DNA of 64,000 nucleotides from Polyangiales bacterium (GTDB lineage: Bacteria; Myxococcota_A; Polyangia; Polyangiales; Polyangiaceae): NCBI GenBank assembly GCA_038230375.1, contig JBBRNJ010000011.1:73819-137818 (forward strand), given 5' to 3'. Of this stretch, positions 25,846 through 34,900 are shown piece by piece (position 1 is the first letter of the stretch; each line of letters begins with the position of its first letter). The notes under the pieces were generated by a model. The model did not search any database. It saw only the letters and a program-made list of their open reading frames with translations, and had not been told where the DNA came from. Made by a program: the position numbers and the translations under genes.

Positions 25846-27677
25846 AGCGACAGGAGCACAGTACCATCCCCGGCGAAGGCCACGAGGCCTCGTTGTCCGC
25901 TGGGCGCCTCGCTCGGCGACAGCGCGCGCGGCACGAGCCGCCCGAACCAGCCGACGATGCCCTCGCGGCGCACGTGGATGCTCTTGCCGGACGCGACCTC
26001 GAGCGTGATGACCTGACCACGCACCTCTGCGAGCAGCGGGCCCGTTCCGCGGAACTGAACGACGGACAGGTATTCGCCTTCGCCCGTGGCGAGCTTCCCG
26101 TTGTCGAACTCCAGCATGCGGTCGAACGCAACGACGACGTCCTCGCGCAGGAAGCAGGACTCCTCCGTGAGCGCGAAGTTCTGCAGCGTGCCGCCGGGCC
26201 GCGCGAAGACGACGAGCTCACCGTCACCGGTCACGTCCACCACGGGGCTGCCGATGCCGCCGAACGACTCGCCAAGCGAGCGGCCGCGCGCATGGCGCTC
26301 GAGCAGGTTGGTCGTGACGCCACCAGACATGGAGCGCACCGCCTCGAGCCGAACGGCGAGCCCCTGCTTGCCGTCCTTCTTGCTCTCGGATCGCGTGCGG
26401 AGCAGGGCGATGGTGGGCGAGTGGAGCTCGATCCCACCAGGCGCCGGAAACTCGATCCGCCCGCGTTCCGCGGCGGCTGCCATGCTCATCGGCGGAGAGT
26501 TCGCCGAGCCTGGCGCCCTGGCCTCCGCGGGTGCAGGCGGCGCCTGGCGGGTGGGACTTGCTCGGTCGTCGCGGCCCGCGCGTGGTGCAGGTCGGAGCTC
26601 GGAGGCATCGCTGATGCGACCTTGCGGGATCGCGTGCGCACCGCTGTCGAGCTCATCGGGTTCGAACCCCTGCTGCGTGGGTGCGTCCATGGGAACTTCG
26701 TTGACAGCGCGCTGTCCGAGATACCCGCGCGACGACTCCGGCGGTAGGTCCTCTTGCGGAGGCTCCGCGTCGTCGAACAGGGGAAGGGAAGGAGAGCCCA
26801 CCGACGGGAGCTCCATCACGTCCTCAGGTGGACCCGCGTGTGCGGGCGGTGGCGCGACGACGAGCGTGGGCCTGCGCGGCGCGTTCGGATCCGGCGGCGA
26901 GCCCACGTTGGGCAGCGCCGGCGCGCGCGAGCTGTGGCGCCGCTTCTCCGTCTGACCCAGCTCCACCGATTTCCACTGATTGCCCGACGCGAGCGTCGCA
27001 TCCGATGTAGGCGCGGCGAGCGCAAACGAGAGCCCGTGGTCGAGGCCCTCGGCGGCCTGCGCCACCGCTGCGCGCACCTCTCGCGACGGGACCTCTCGCT
27101 CCTCTTCGGGCGGAAGCGGTGGGCGTCCGAGCTTGTCCGCCATCTTGCGTGCGCGCTGGTCGTGCCCGGCCACGTTGTACGCGTGCTCCGCCTTGATGTA
27201 GTCGCTGAGGCGTTCGTACGCGAGGCCCAGATATCCCCACGCGCGCGTGTGGTTCGGATGCGCAAGCACGAGCTGCTCGAGCTCGCTCTTTGCGAGCGGC
27301 GTCTGCCCCGTCTTCAGGTAGCAGAGCGCGAGGTTCAGCTTCAGCGACGGATCCTTCGGGTTCAGGCGTCGCAGCTGCTCGTAGAGGTGGATCGCGCGCG
27401 GATAGAGCCCAAGGCGGAAGTACACGACGGCGAGAAGGTCCTGTCCCTTCACGTCGCGCGGCTGCAGGGTGAGCGCTTGCTCGAGCTCCTCCTTGGCCTC
27501 GAGCATCTGGTTGTCCTTGAGGAGCTCGCTGCCGCGATAGAGGTGGAAGAGGAACTCTTCCTGCCCGTTGTCGCCGTCGGACTGCACGTCGGACGAGCTC
27601 GGGTCGTTGCCGGACGGCCACGGAGGCACGTCGGCGATGCCCTCCGTCTCGTCGCGGTCGTAAGGCCCGAATGCCAT
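25842..27677 (-). CDS. TPR-repeat + Pro-rich linker + AIM24/DUF124-like domain protein
   Basis: N-terminal TPR helices; C-terminal GDGELV, LREDVVVAFD, FRGTG, FAGDGTVLL; ATG at 27677. Confidence 0.7.
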   Translation of the reverse strand: MAFGPYDRDETEGIADVPPWPSGNDPSSSDVQSDGDNGQEEFLFHLYRGSELLKDNQMLEAKEELEQALTLQPRDVKGQDLLAVVYFRLGLYPRAIHLYEQLRRLNPKDPSLKLNLALCYLKTGQTPLAKSELEQLVLAHPNHTRAWGYLGLAYERLSDYIKAEHAYNVAGHDQRARKMADKLGRPPLPPEEEREVPSREVRAAVAQAAEGLDHGLSFALAAPTSDATLASGNQWKSVELGQTEKRRHSSRAPALPNVGSPPDPNAPRRPTLVVAPPPAHAGPPEDVMELPSVGSPSLPLFDDAEPPQEDLPPESSRGYLGQRAVNEVPMDAPTQQGFEPDELDSGAHAIPQGRISDASELRPAPRAGRDDRASPTRQAPPAPAEARAPGSANSPPMSMAAAAERGRIEFPAPGGIELHSPTIALLRTRSESKKDGKQGLAVRLEAVRSMSGGVTTNLLERHARGRSLGESFGGIGSPVVDVTGDGELVVFARPGGTLQNFALTEESCFLREDVVVAFDRMLEFDNGKLATGEGEYLSVVQFRGTGPLLAEVRGQVITLEVASGKSIHVRREGIVGWFGRLVPRALSPSEAPSGQRGLVAFAGDGTVLLSL

Positions 27678-27726
27678 GGACGACCAATGGTAGCGAATAC
27701 AGCCCGAAACCGCGAAAAAACGAAGG

Positions 27727-28509
27727 TCAGCTGGGACGGGGCTTTTTTCCCCGCACGGGAGCGCGCCAGGCGACCACCGCACAGAGCCCGAGCACGATCG
27801 CCGCCGCCATGCCGCCGCCCATTCCAGCGTCCCCTCCAGAGAGGAGCGAAGGCAACGTGCGGACGTCGAGGAGCGCGCCATGGAACAGCGTCTGCGTCGC
27901 AAGGAGCCATCCGATGTTCATGCCGACGGCGCCGTATGCGCTCCGGTCGCGCTGGAAGATGGCCGCGGCGAACGCGCCGAAACAGAAGCTCGCGATCACC
28001 TCCGGCCACGTGGCGGTCTCCGACGAGTAGCTGCGCGCCGCGAAGAGCGCGCCCGCAGCGAGCATGCGAGGCAGCGCGTGGTCGACATGCACCAGCACGC
28101 GGCGAGAGAGGCCCACCAGCAAGATCTGATCACGCACGGCCGTGAGCGTTGCCGACATGACGCCCAGCCCGATGCTGCTCCATGCGAACGACGACGGCGC
28201 GATGTCGCATGTATGTGTAAGATGCAACCATTCGAGGATGACGGCCGCAGGCGCCATTCCGAGCAGCGCGCCTCTCCCCAGGCGCGTCGCGATGTCCTTC
28301 GCCGTGGGCTCTCTCGCAAGCGGATCGCTCCATGCGAGCCCGAGCCTGCCCATGCCCCACTCCGCCGCGACCGCCTGCGCGACGAGCGCAGCGAGCGGCA
28401 TGTTCGCGAGGAGAGCGCCAAGGAGCGCGACGCCGAAGAACAGCATCCCACCGAACAGGGCCACGCGCGCGGCGGCTCTGGTACTCGCGCTCTGCTCGAT
28501 CGGCGTCAT
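27727..28509 (-). CDS. CPBP/Abi (CAAX protease-like) integral membrane protein with degenerate catalytic motifs
   Basis: Multi-TM; AVRDQILLVG, LFAARS and AVGMNIGW at the positions of the EExxxR, FxxxH and HxxxN motifs. Confidence 0.55.
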   Translation of the reverse strand: MTPIEQSASTRAAARVALFGGMLFFGVALLGALLANMPLAALVAQAVAAEWGMGRLGLAWSDPLAREPTAKDIATRLGRGALLGMAPAAVILEWLHLTHTCDIAPSSFAWSSIGLGVMSATLTAVRDQILLVGLSRRVLVHVDHALPRMLAAGALFAARSYSSETATWPEVIASFCFGAFAAAIFQRDRSAYGAVGMNIGWLLATQTLFHGALLDVRTLPSLLSGGDAGMGGGMAAAIVLGLCAVVAWRAPVRGKKPRPS

Positions 28510-28531
28510 CCCACGCTCATGCGCACGCTGG

Positions 28532-29536
28532 TCATAGCTCGCCGTCGAACGCGGCGCTCTCCGCAAGCAGACCGGGCAGTCCGCCCGTGTGGATGAAGAG
28601 CACGTTCGCGTCGCGGCTCACCTCCCCACGACGCACCTGCGCGGCGAGCGCGCTCATGGCCTTGCCCGTGTACACGGGGTCGAGCAAGAGGCCGGTCTCC
28701 CGCGCCACCCGCACGCACAGCGCCCGCTGCTCCTTCGACATGACGCCGTAGCTGGGGCCTTTCTCGCGGTCGTCGAAGGCAATCGCGGGTCGCGAAGAGA
28801 GGGCGGCCAGGTCGGCGTCGAAGGACTGCGCCTCCGGCACGATGCGCCGGACGGCCGTCTCGAAGTACTCCGCGTCGTCGCAGACACACACGGCATGGAC
28901 ACGCCCAATAAGCCCCGTCTTCGATACGCCGAGCGCGATGCCCGCGGCGGTGCCGCCCGAGCCGCAGGCGAAGAACACGTGGTCGAACTCCTTGGGGCAC
29001 AGGCCAACGCGCCCTTGCTCGGCGATCTCGCTCATCGCGTCCACGTAGCCCAGCGCACCGAGTCCGTTCGACCCACCCTCCGGGATCACGTAGGCCCGCT
29101 CGCCACGCCGCTGCAGCTCGGACGCAGCGTCCGCCATGATGGAGCTGCGGTCCTTGTACTGGTCCGGCGTGATGGTCGTCACGTTGGCGCCGACGAGCTT
29201 GTCGATGAAGAAGTTCCCCGTGGGCGGCGTGGGCACCGTCTCGCCGTGACGCAGCCGCAAGAAGAGCTTCGCGCGCAGTCCAAGGCGTGCCGCAAGCACC
29301 GCCGTCGCGCGCGCATGGTTCGACTGGAGCGCGCCGCACGTCACCACGACCTTCGCGCGCAGATCGAGCGCGTCTGCGAGCAGGTACTCGAGCTTGCGGA
29401 TCTTGTTGCCTGCCTCCGGTCCGCCCGTCATGTCGTCGCGCTTCACCCACACGCGGCACCCGACGATGTCGCGCAGGCGCGGGACCTCGGCGATCGGCGT
29501 CGGAAGGTGAGCGAGCCTGAGCTTGCGCGGCCTCAT
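28532..29536 (-). CDS. dcyD: D-cysteine desulfhydrase / ACC deaminase family PLP enzyme
   Basis: PTPI, WVKRDD, GNKIRKLEY, QSNHAR, IPEGGS, LDPVYTGKA, HTGG. Confidence 0.88.
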   Translation of the reverse strand: MRPRKLRLAHLPTPIAEVPRLRDIVGCRVWVKRDDMTGGPEAGNKIRKLEYLLADALDLRAKVVVTCGALQSNHARATAVLAARLGLRAKLFLRLRHGETVPTPPTGNFFIDKLVGANVTTITPDQYKDRSSIMADAASELQRRGERAYVIPEGGSNGLGALGYVDAMSEIAEQGRVGLCPKEFDHVFFACGSGGTAAGIALGVSKTGLIGRVHAVCVCDDAEYFETAVRRIVPEAQSFDADLAALSSRPAIAFDDREKGPSYGVMSKEQRALCVRVARETGLLLDPVYTGKAMSALAAQVRRGEVSRDANVLFIHTGGLPGLLAESAAFDGEL

Positions 29537-29580
29537 GCGAGCGGTCTCATGCGAGCGGCCTCATGCGAGCGGTCTCATGC
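29527..29580 (-). repeat. 14-bp tandem repeat (GCATGAG(A/G)CCGCTC) creating three coupled MRPLA* mini-ORFs
   Basis: Direct reading of the minus strand: ATG AG(A/G) CCG CTC GCA TGA three times, joined by ATGA overlaps. Confidence 0.92.
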
Positions 29581-30081
29581 AAACCTGAGAAGCTTGGCGT
29601 TCGCCTCGACCGTGTCGCCTGCCTTCACCATGATCTCGGCGACGGTGCCCTTTGCCTTGGCCTTGACCTCGTTCTCCATCTTCATCGCCTCCACGACGAG
29701 GAGCGCCGTGCCCGGCTCGACGTCGTCACCGATGGCGGCCATGACCTTCACGATGCGTCCGGGCATCGGGCTCTTCACGATCTTCTCGGTGCCGGCAGTG
29801 CCGCCCTTCTTCGCGGCGCTCGCGGCGCGCATGCGCTCGCTCTCCACGCGCACGTACGCGCGGCTGCCGCTCGCGATCGCGCCGATGTCCGGCGGGGTGC
29901 CCTCCGTCGTGAGGTCGCAGACCTTGCCGTCCACGCGCACCGAGAGCGCGGTGCCGACCGACACGACATCCACGTCCACGGCCTTGCCATCGATCTTCAC
30001 GGACAGCGCGGAGTCGGGCAGCTCCGTGACGTCAACGGGGATGGGCTGCTCTCCGGGAGCGAGTTGAACGTAGTAGCGCAT
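29575..30081 (-). CDS. Biotin carboxyl carrier (acyl-CoA carboxylase biotinyl-domain) protein
   Basis: SPMPGRIV, VEAMKMENE biotinylation motif; ATG at 30081. Confidence 0.9.
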   Translation of the reverse strand: MRYYVQLAPGEQPIPVDVTELPDSALSVKIDGKAVDVDVVSVGTALSVRVDGKVCDLTTEGTPPDIGAIASGSRAYVRVESERMRAASAAKKGGTAGTEKIVKSPMPGRIVKVMAAIGDDVEPGTALLVVEAMKMENEVKAKAKGTVAEIMVKAGDTVEANAKLLRFA

Positions 30082-30259
30082 GGCGTACGCACTTTCGCAG
30101 AAACGACCGCGCACGTCATCCCGGGCTCGACCCAAGGTGCGCGGAACGTGGGTCTTTTCGGACCGGGGCCTCGCGCGACAGATCCACCCTGATGGTACGA
30201 ATCGAGGCACTGCGTAAAGGCGATGGCCGTCATTTCGCGACGTTACGGATGTGTAGGCG

Positions 30260-30276
30260 CTGGTACGCCGTATGCG
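30260..30276 (+). promoter_or_regulatory. Candidate sigma54 promoter (-24/-12)
   Basis: CTGGTACG-CCGT-ATGC versus consensus YTGGCACG-N4-TTGC, GG/GC spacing correct, about 13 nt before ATG 30289. Confidence 0.55.
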
Positions 30277-30288
30277 TGAAGGTGGTTC

Positions 30289-31548
30289 ATGATCCGCTGG
30301 ACCAAGCTCGTGGCGCTCGGGGTGATTGCAACGACCGTCGCGTGTAGCAGCGCAGGCGGCACGTCGGACACGACGGTGCAGCCGAGCACGGGTGCTGATG
30401 ACAACGGCCCCGACATCGAGAGCGGTCCCTCCGTCAACGAGACCGGCGACGAGCTCGCGACGCCGATGTGGTTCGCAACCGCCGACACCGCAGTGTGTCC
30501 GACCGGCGGCACCTTCGACGCGACGTCTGGCTTCTGTACGCAGGGTGGTCGCGCGCTGGGCCCGTTCACGGTCGCGATGGTCACCGCGTGCAAGAACGGC
30601 GGCGGCTCCGGCTGCGACGACGCCAACTGGGACCTCGCCCAGGCCGCGCGCTTCCGCGGCAATGACACGTGCCCCGTGGGCTCCGCGATCGACGCCGCGC
30701 TCGGCGTCTGTACCGAGGGAGCGAACGCGGTTGGTCCGTTCTCCCAGACCATGGTGGACGACTGCACTGCGGCGGGCGGCGGTGATGCTTGCTCCGGCCT
30801 TCGCTTCGGCAAGCAGCTGGTGTCCGAGCTGCCGGTCGAGGACGACGGCGACAACACGATCGTGACGGAAGGCGCTGGAGGGAACTGCTCGCAGCTCAAC
30901 TCCAAGATGGCGGGCTTCTACGGCAGCCGTCAGGGCTACGACACCGTGTCGCGCGCCGGCATCCGGACGCTCGGCAGTCGCCACAACGGCTGCGCCACGT
31001 GGCTCTCGCATGCGATCCGCATGTCGGGTGGCAACATCCCGATCGAAGAGTCCACCAACGGCCTCCGTGACGCGCTCAAGGCGCGGGGCTGGACCGTGAT
31101 CCGGAACCGTGCGGACCTCCAGCCTGGCGACGTGATCGTCACGAAGGACCGCGCAGGTATGCCCGGGCATCCCGACCACATCTACATGTTCGCCGGCTGG
31201 GATGGCCAGAACCCCAGGGCCGTTGACAACCAGGGCTTCACGCACACGCGCACCGCGGGCAGGAGCCCGATCGCCTTCGGTCTCCGCGCGCCCTCCGGCA
31301 GCGGCGGCGGGTCGTGCAATCAGATGACGAACCAGAACGACGCGAGCCCTCCTCCGCAGCGAGACAGCTGCGCCGGCAAGAGCAACGGCTGGTACTGCTC
31401 CGAGGTGGCCTCGTACAGTGCGTACCAGTGCCAGGGCAACACCATCGCCGGCGGCTGGCAGTGCAGCGACAACACGGTGTGCCGGACGAACGGCGGCGGC
31501 CAGGCGACGCTGTCGGGCCAGAATCCGGGCTGCTTCGGCTCGAAATGA
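30289..31548 (+). CDS. Cys-rich lipoprotein with NlpC/P60-superfamily (CHAP/Tae-like) peptidoglycan amidase domain
   Basis: Lipobox TVAC; two ~45-aa CP..C..GPF..M..C..GG.C repeats; NGCATWLSHA...LQPGDVI...DHIYMF; C-terminal Cys module. Confidence 0.72.
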   Translation: MIRWTKLVALGVIATTVACSSAGGTSDTTVQPSTGADDNGPDIESGPSVNETGDELATPMWFATADTAVCPTGGTFDATSGFCTQGGRALGPFTVAMVTACKNGGGSGCDDANWDLAQAARFRGNDTCPVGSAIDAALGVCTEGANAVGPFSQTMVDDCTAAGGGDACSGLRFGKQLVSELPVEDDGDNTIVTEGAGGNCSQLNSKMAGFYGSRQGYDTVSRAGIRTLGSRHNGCATWLSHAIRMSGGNIPIEESTNGLRDALKARGWTVIRNRADLQPGDVIVTKDRAGMPGHPDHIYMFAGWDGQNPRAVDNQGFTHTRTAGRSPIAFGLRAPSGSGGGSCNQMTNQNDASPPPQRDSCAGKSNGWYCSEVASYSAYQCQGNTIAGGWQCSDNTVCRTNGGGQATLSGQNPGCFGSK

Positions 31549-31573
31549 GCCTCGTGAACGATCGGGTGAGCGC

Positions 31574-31966
31574 TCAGACGGAGAACACCACGTCGAACTG
31601 CTGACCATCGGGATCGCTGTCGAGCCACGCGTGGCCGGTCTTGCCCACGTCGAGCGCGAAATGGATCTTCTCCTCCGCCGCGCCGCGATCGAGCGAGCTC
31701 TCGAGCAGCGCCCGCCGATAGCAGTTCGGGCCTCCCGGAAAGAGCGCGTCCACGTTTGCGATGAGCCGCTTCAGTCTGGTGCGCGCGCGCGGACCTCTAC
31801 GAAGCGCCGAGCGACCTCGCCTGCGTGCGGACGCAACTGCATCGCGTGGTGAGGACGTGGTGCGCGCGCGCTCCACCTGCTGGAGCAAGCGGAGGAGGTC
31901 TACCGAGACGAGCGGCTGTCCCGCGAGCCGGACGAGCCCCGCGGCTACTTGCCGAAGAACGCGCAC
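31574..31966 (-). CDS. Lasso-peptide B2 / transglutaminase-like Cys protease (orphan)
   Basis: NCYRRALLE ... GHAWL ... D pattern; GTG at 31966 with GGAG 8 nt upstream, overlapping the upstream gene's end. Confidence 0.65.
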   Translation of the reverse strand: MRVLRQVAAGLVRLAGQPLVSVDLLRLLQQVERARTTSSPRDAVASARRRGRSALRRGPRARTRLKRLIANVDALFPGGPNCYRRALLESSLDRGAAEEKIHFALDVGKTGHAWLDSDPDGQQFDVVFSV

Positions 31967-34900
31967 GACTCGTTCTCCAGGCACCGATGCGTCCCCGGGT
32001 GCGAGAGGAAGTAGACATCCGTGCCGCGCGTGGCGAGGAACCGGATCAGCAGATGGTCGTAGTAGACCGCGTCGTCGAACGCCTTGCACGAGTCCCCGTT
32101 GACCCAGACGTGCTGGCCCAGCGGATTGATGTACGCGTTGACGACACCCACGAGCGGGACGGGTGGGGGTGCGGTCTTCGGATCCGGTGAGAAGGGCGCG
32201 CCAAGGAGGCGTGGGCTCCATGCGAGCACCTCCGTCGCCGCATCCGTGGGCGTGAGGCTGGCGCTGCGCACCAGACGGAGTGGCACGTCGGGGCGAGACG
32301 CGGCGTACTGGTCCTTCCCCTCCGCCAGGTAGTCGACGTCGGCGAGCGTGGTCGCGCAGAACGGTGGGTTCTTCTTCGGACCGTTCGGGCACGCCGGCGT
32401 CGCGGGCACGCGGTTCTCGGCGCACGCGGGGCCGGCATGCGTGCGTCCAAGGCGCGCGAGTCCTTCGAACGCAAAGTTGCGCGCGAGCAGCTCGTCGGGC
32501 GTCACTCGCCCGAGCGCGTCGTACAGGGGCTGGGGCGCGGTGAAGTTCGCGTACTCGGGGTACTTCGCGCCCACCTCGGGTGAGAAGATCGGGACCGCGC
32601 CGCTCGCCCGGCCGAACGCGTAGCCGGTGGAGGTCGGCACCAGCGGATCGCCGTCCGTGTTGAACTCCATCACGGCGCGCGGCGGGAGGTCGCTGCCGTC
32701 GGGCGCGGTGCTGTGCTTCCGGTAGTAGTATGCGGCGAAGTTGATCGGGTCCGACGGGTCCACCGCGGCTTGCGTGAGCGAGATGAGGCGACGGAACTCC
32801 GGGCTTTGTCGGCGCAGACCAAGGCCCTCTTGCGGCGCCGTGAGGGCGGAGCCCACCGGGTAGAAGAGGCCCCGGAACTGCGTGCACGCAGTGCCATCTG
32901 GCAGGCCAAAGGCTGCCACGGTGTCGTCGCACGTGGGCGCGCCGTCGGCGATGGCGAGCTCGCCGATCTCTGCCTGCTCGAACGTGTCGATCGTGCGAAG
33001 GGCCGTGCTGCCGTCTGGCACGCGGCAGGTCTTGTAGGAGTCGACGAGATCCTTCTCGCGGAAGATGTCCACGCGGAGGTTGTCACCGATGGTCGCGGGG
33101 ATCGGAATGCGGAAGCGCCCCAGGTCGCTCGCGCGCGCGCAGCGCACCTCGTCATTGCTCGCGTTGGTGAGCACCACGGTCATGTCCGGGCCAAGCTCCG
33201 CGGGGCTCAGGCATGCGAGCTCGAGCTCGCGCGAGTTGGTCAGGTCGTTCAGCACAAGGCGCACGCTTCGCTGATCGCCAACGCAACGGGTGTCCTTGCC
33301 CGTGCCGCTCTGGGTTCGTTCTTTGGCCGGAACGGCGACCAGCAACGGTGACAGTACCTGCTCCAGGACGGACTCCGGCACGAGCGACGATCGCGTCGCG
33401 ATGTCTGTGAGGCCGCCGCCGCCGGAGATGCTGGCCGTGGCCTTCACCCTGTGGTCGACCGCGCCGTGCACGAGCGCAAGGACGCCACCGAACGAATTAC
33501 CTGCAGAATACACGTCCGTGGTGCCGCCCACGTCGGGCACGCCATCCGCGTCGAAGTCGCCGGCGAGCTCGTTCTTGCCGTCCCCGTCGTAGTCCATGGT
33601 GCCCACGGCCTTGCCATCGAAGCTTGCGAGCACGCGGGTGGTCTGCATCATGTCCACGACGGACTGCCGGATGTTGTCACGCGAGTGGAAGATGTGCGCA
33701 CTCCAGAGCAGGCCGCCGCTATCGGGCTGGCCGTCGCCGTTAAGGTCGTGCGCGCGCGACGCGGTGATGCCGCCGATCCACGGAACCATGCACGCGCCGC
33801 CCAGCGCCACCTTTGCGACGGACGTCAGTCCGCGGTTCAAGAAGAGGCCGTGGCCCGGCATGTCGATGCCGATCATCGCAACGCCTTGTTTCGCGAAGTA
33901 GCCCGCGCGCGCGATGATCTCGTCGCCGTGGAGCGTGGTGCCGTGCGCCCAGACCGTGGTGGGGAACGGCTGCTTGTGCGCGGCCGTCGCCTTCGGCACG
34001 CTGAGCCAGAACGGCACCGTGTCGGGCTGCACGCGCGCCTCTCCCGTGCGGTAGTTGATCTGGAAGCGGCCGTCCGGGTCCTCGTGGGCCGGATCGCCCA
34101 TGAAATAAGGCGATTGGAACTCTCCAATGACGAAGTAGTCCACGTTGTCCAGGCTCTGCTCCAGGCGCGCCGCCTCCGAGGGAGAGAAGCCGGCGACCAT
34201 GGTGATGAACTGATCGAGGACGTCCTTCGCCTGCGCGACGCGGACGATGTACGGGCGTGCGGCCTTGGGCGCGCACTCCTTCGTCTGTTGCCATCCGGGC
34301 GGGTCGGGCTGGTCGGGGGCAGCCCGACCAATGGCGCGGAACGCGGAGATGGTGGTGGGGTAGTCGTGCGCCAGGTATGCCATGGGGCCGACACCAGACA
34401 GGCCGTCGCGGAGGACGCGCATGTCGTCCATGACGGGCTGCGTGGTGAAGCTCCACGTGAAGGCCACGTGCGAGAGGCCCGAGCCGGAGAGATCGCCGAA
34501 GTATGCGGCGTGGTTCTTGTCGTCGAGCGCGGAGCCGACCCTGTTTGTGGAGTCGCGCTGCGCCGGATGGTGGATGTAGTCGAACGGTGAGCGCACGGGG
34601 CGCCCGTTCTCGTCCTTCAGTCGGTCCGTGAGGACGACCGCGTACTCCGTCATCTCGTCGAGCGGCAGGAGGGGTCGCATGATCAGCGTGTCCGACTCGC
34701 GCTCGTAGAACGTGAGCAGGTTGTCGATGCCGTCGATGCCGCCGGCGGGTACGGGGCCGAGCGTGTTCGGTCGATCGAGGACGCCGTCGAAGTCCGTATC
34801 GAGCGCGGGCGAGTACTGGCTCGGGAGGAGGCCGTGTGCCTCGTCGAAGGTCTCGAAGAGCAGGTTTTCCTCGGTCGCGCGCGGATCGTTGGGGAAGTAC

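Noticed and set aside
29527..29580. Short repeats as a possible CRISPR array (also 18181-18270)
   Set aside because: No unique spacers, units too short, and no cas genes.
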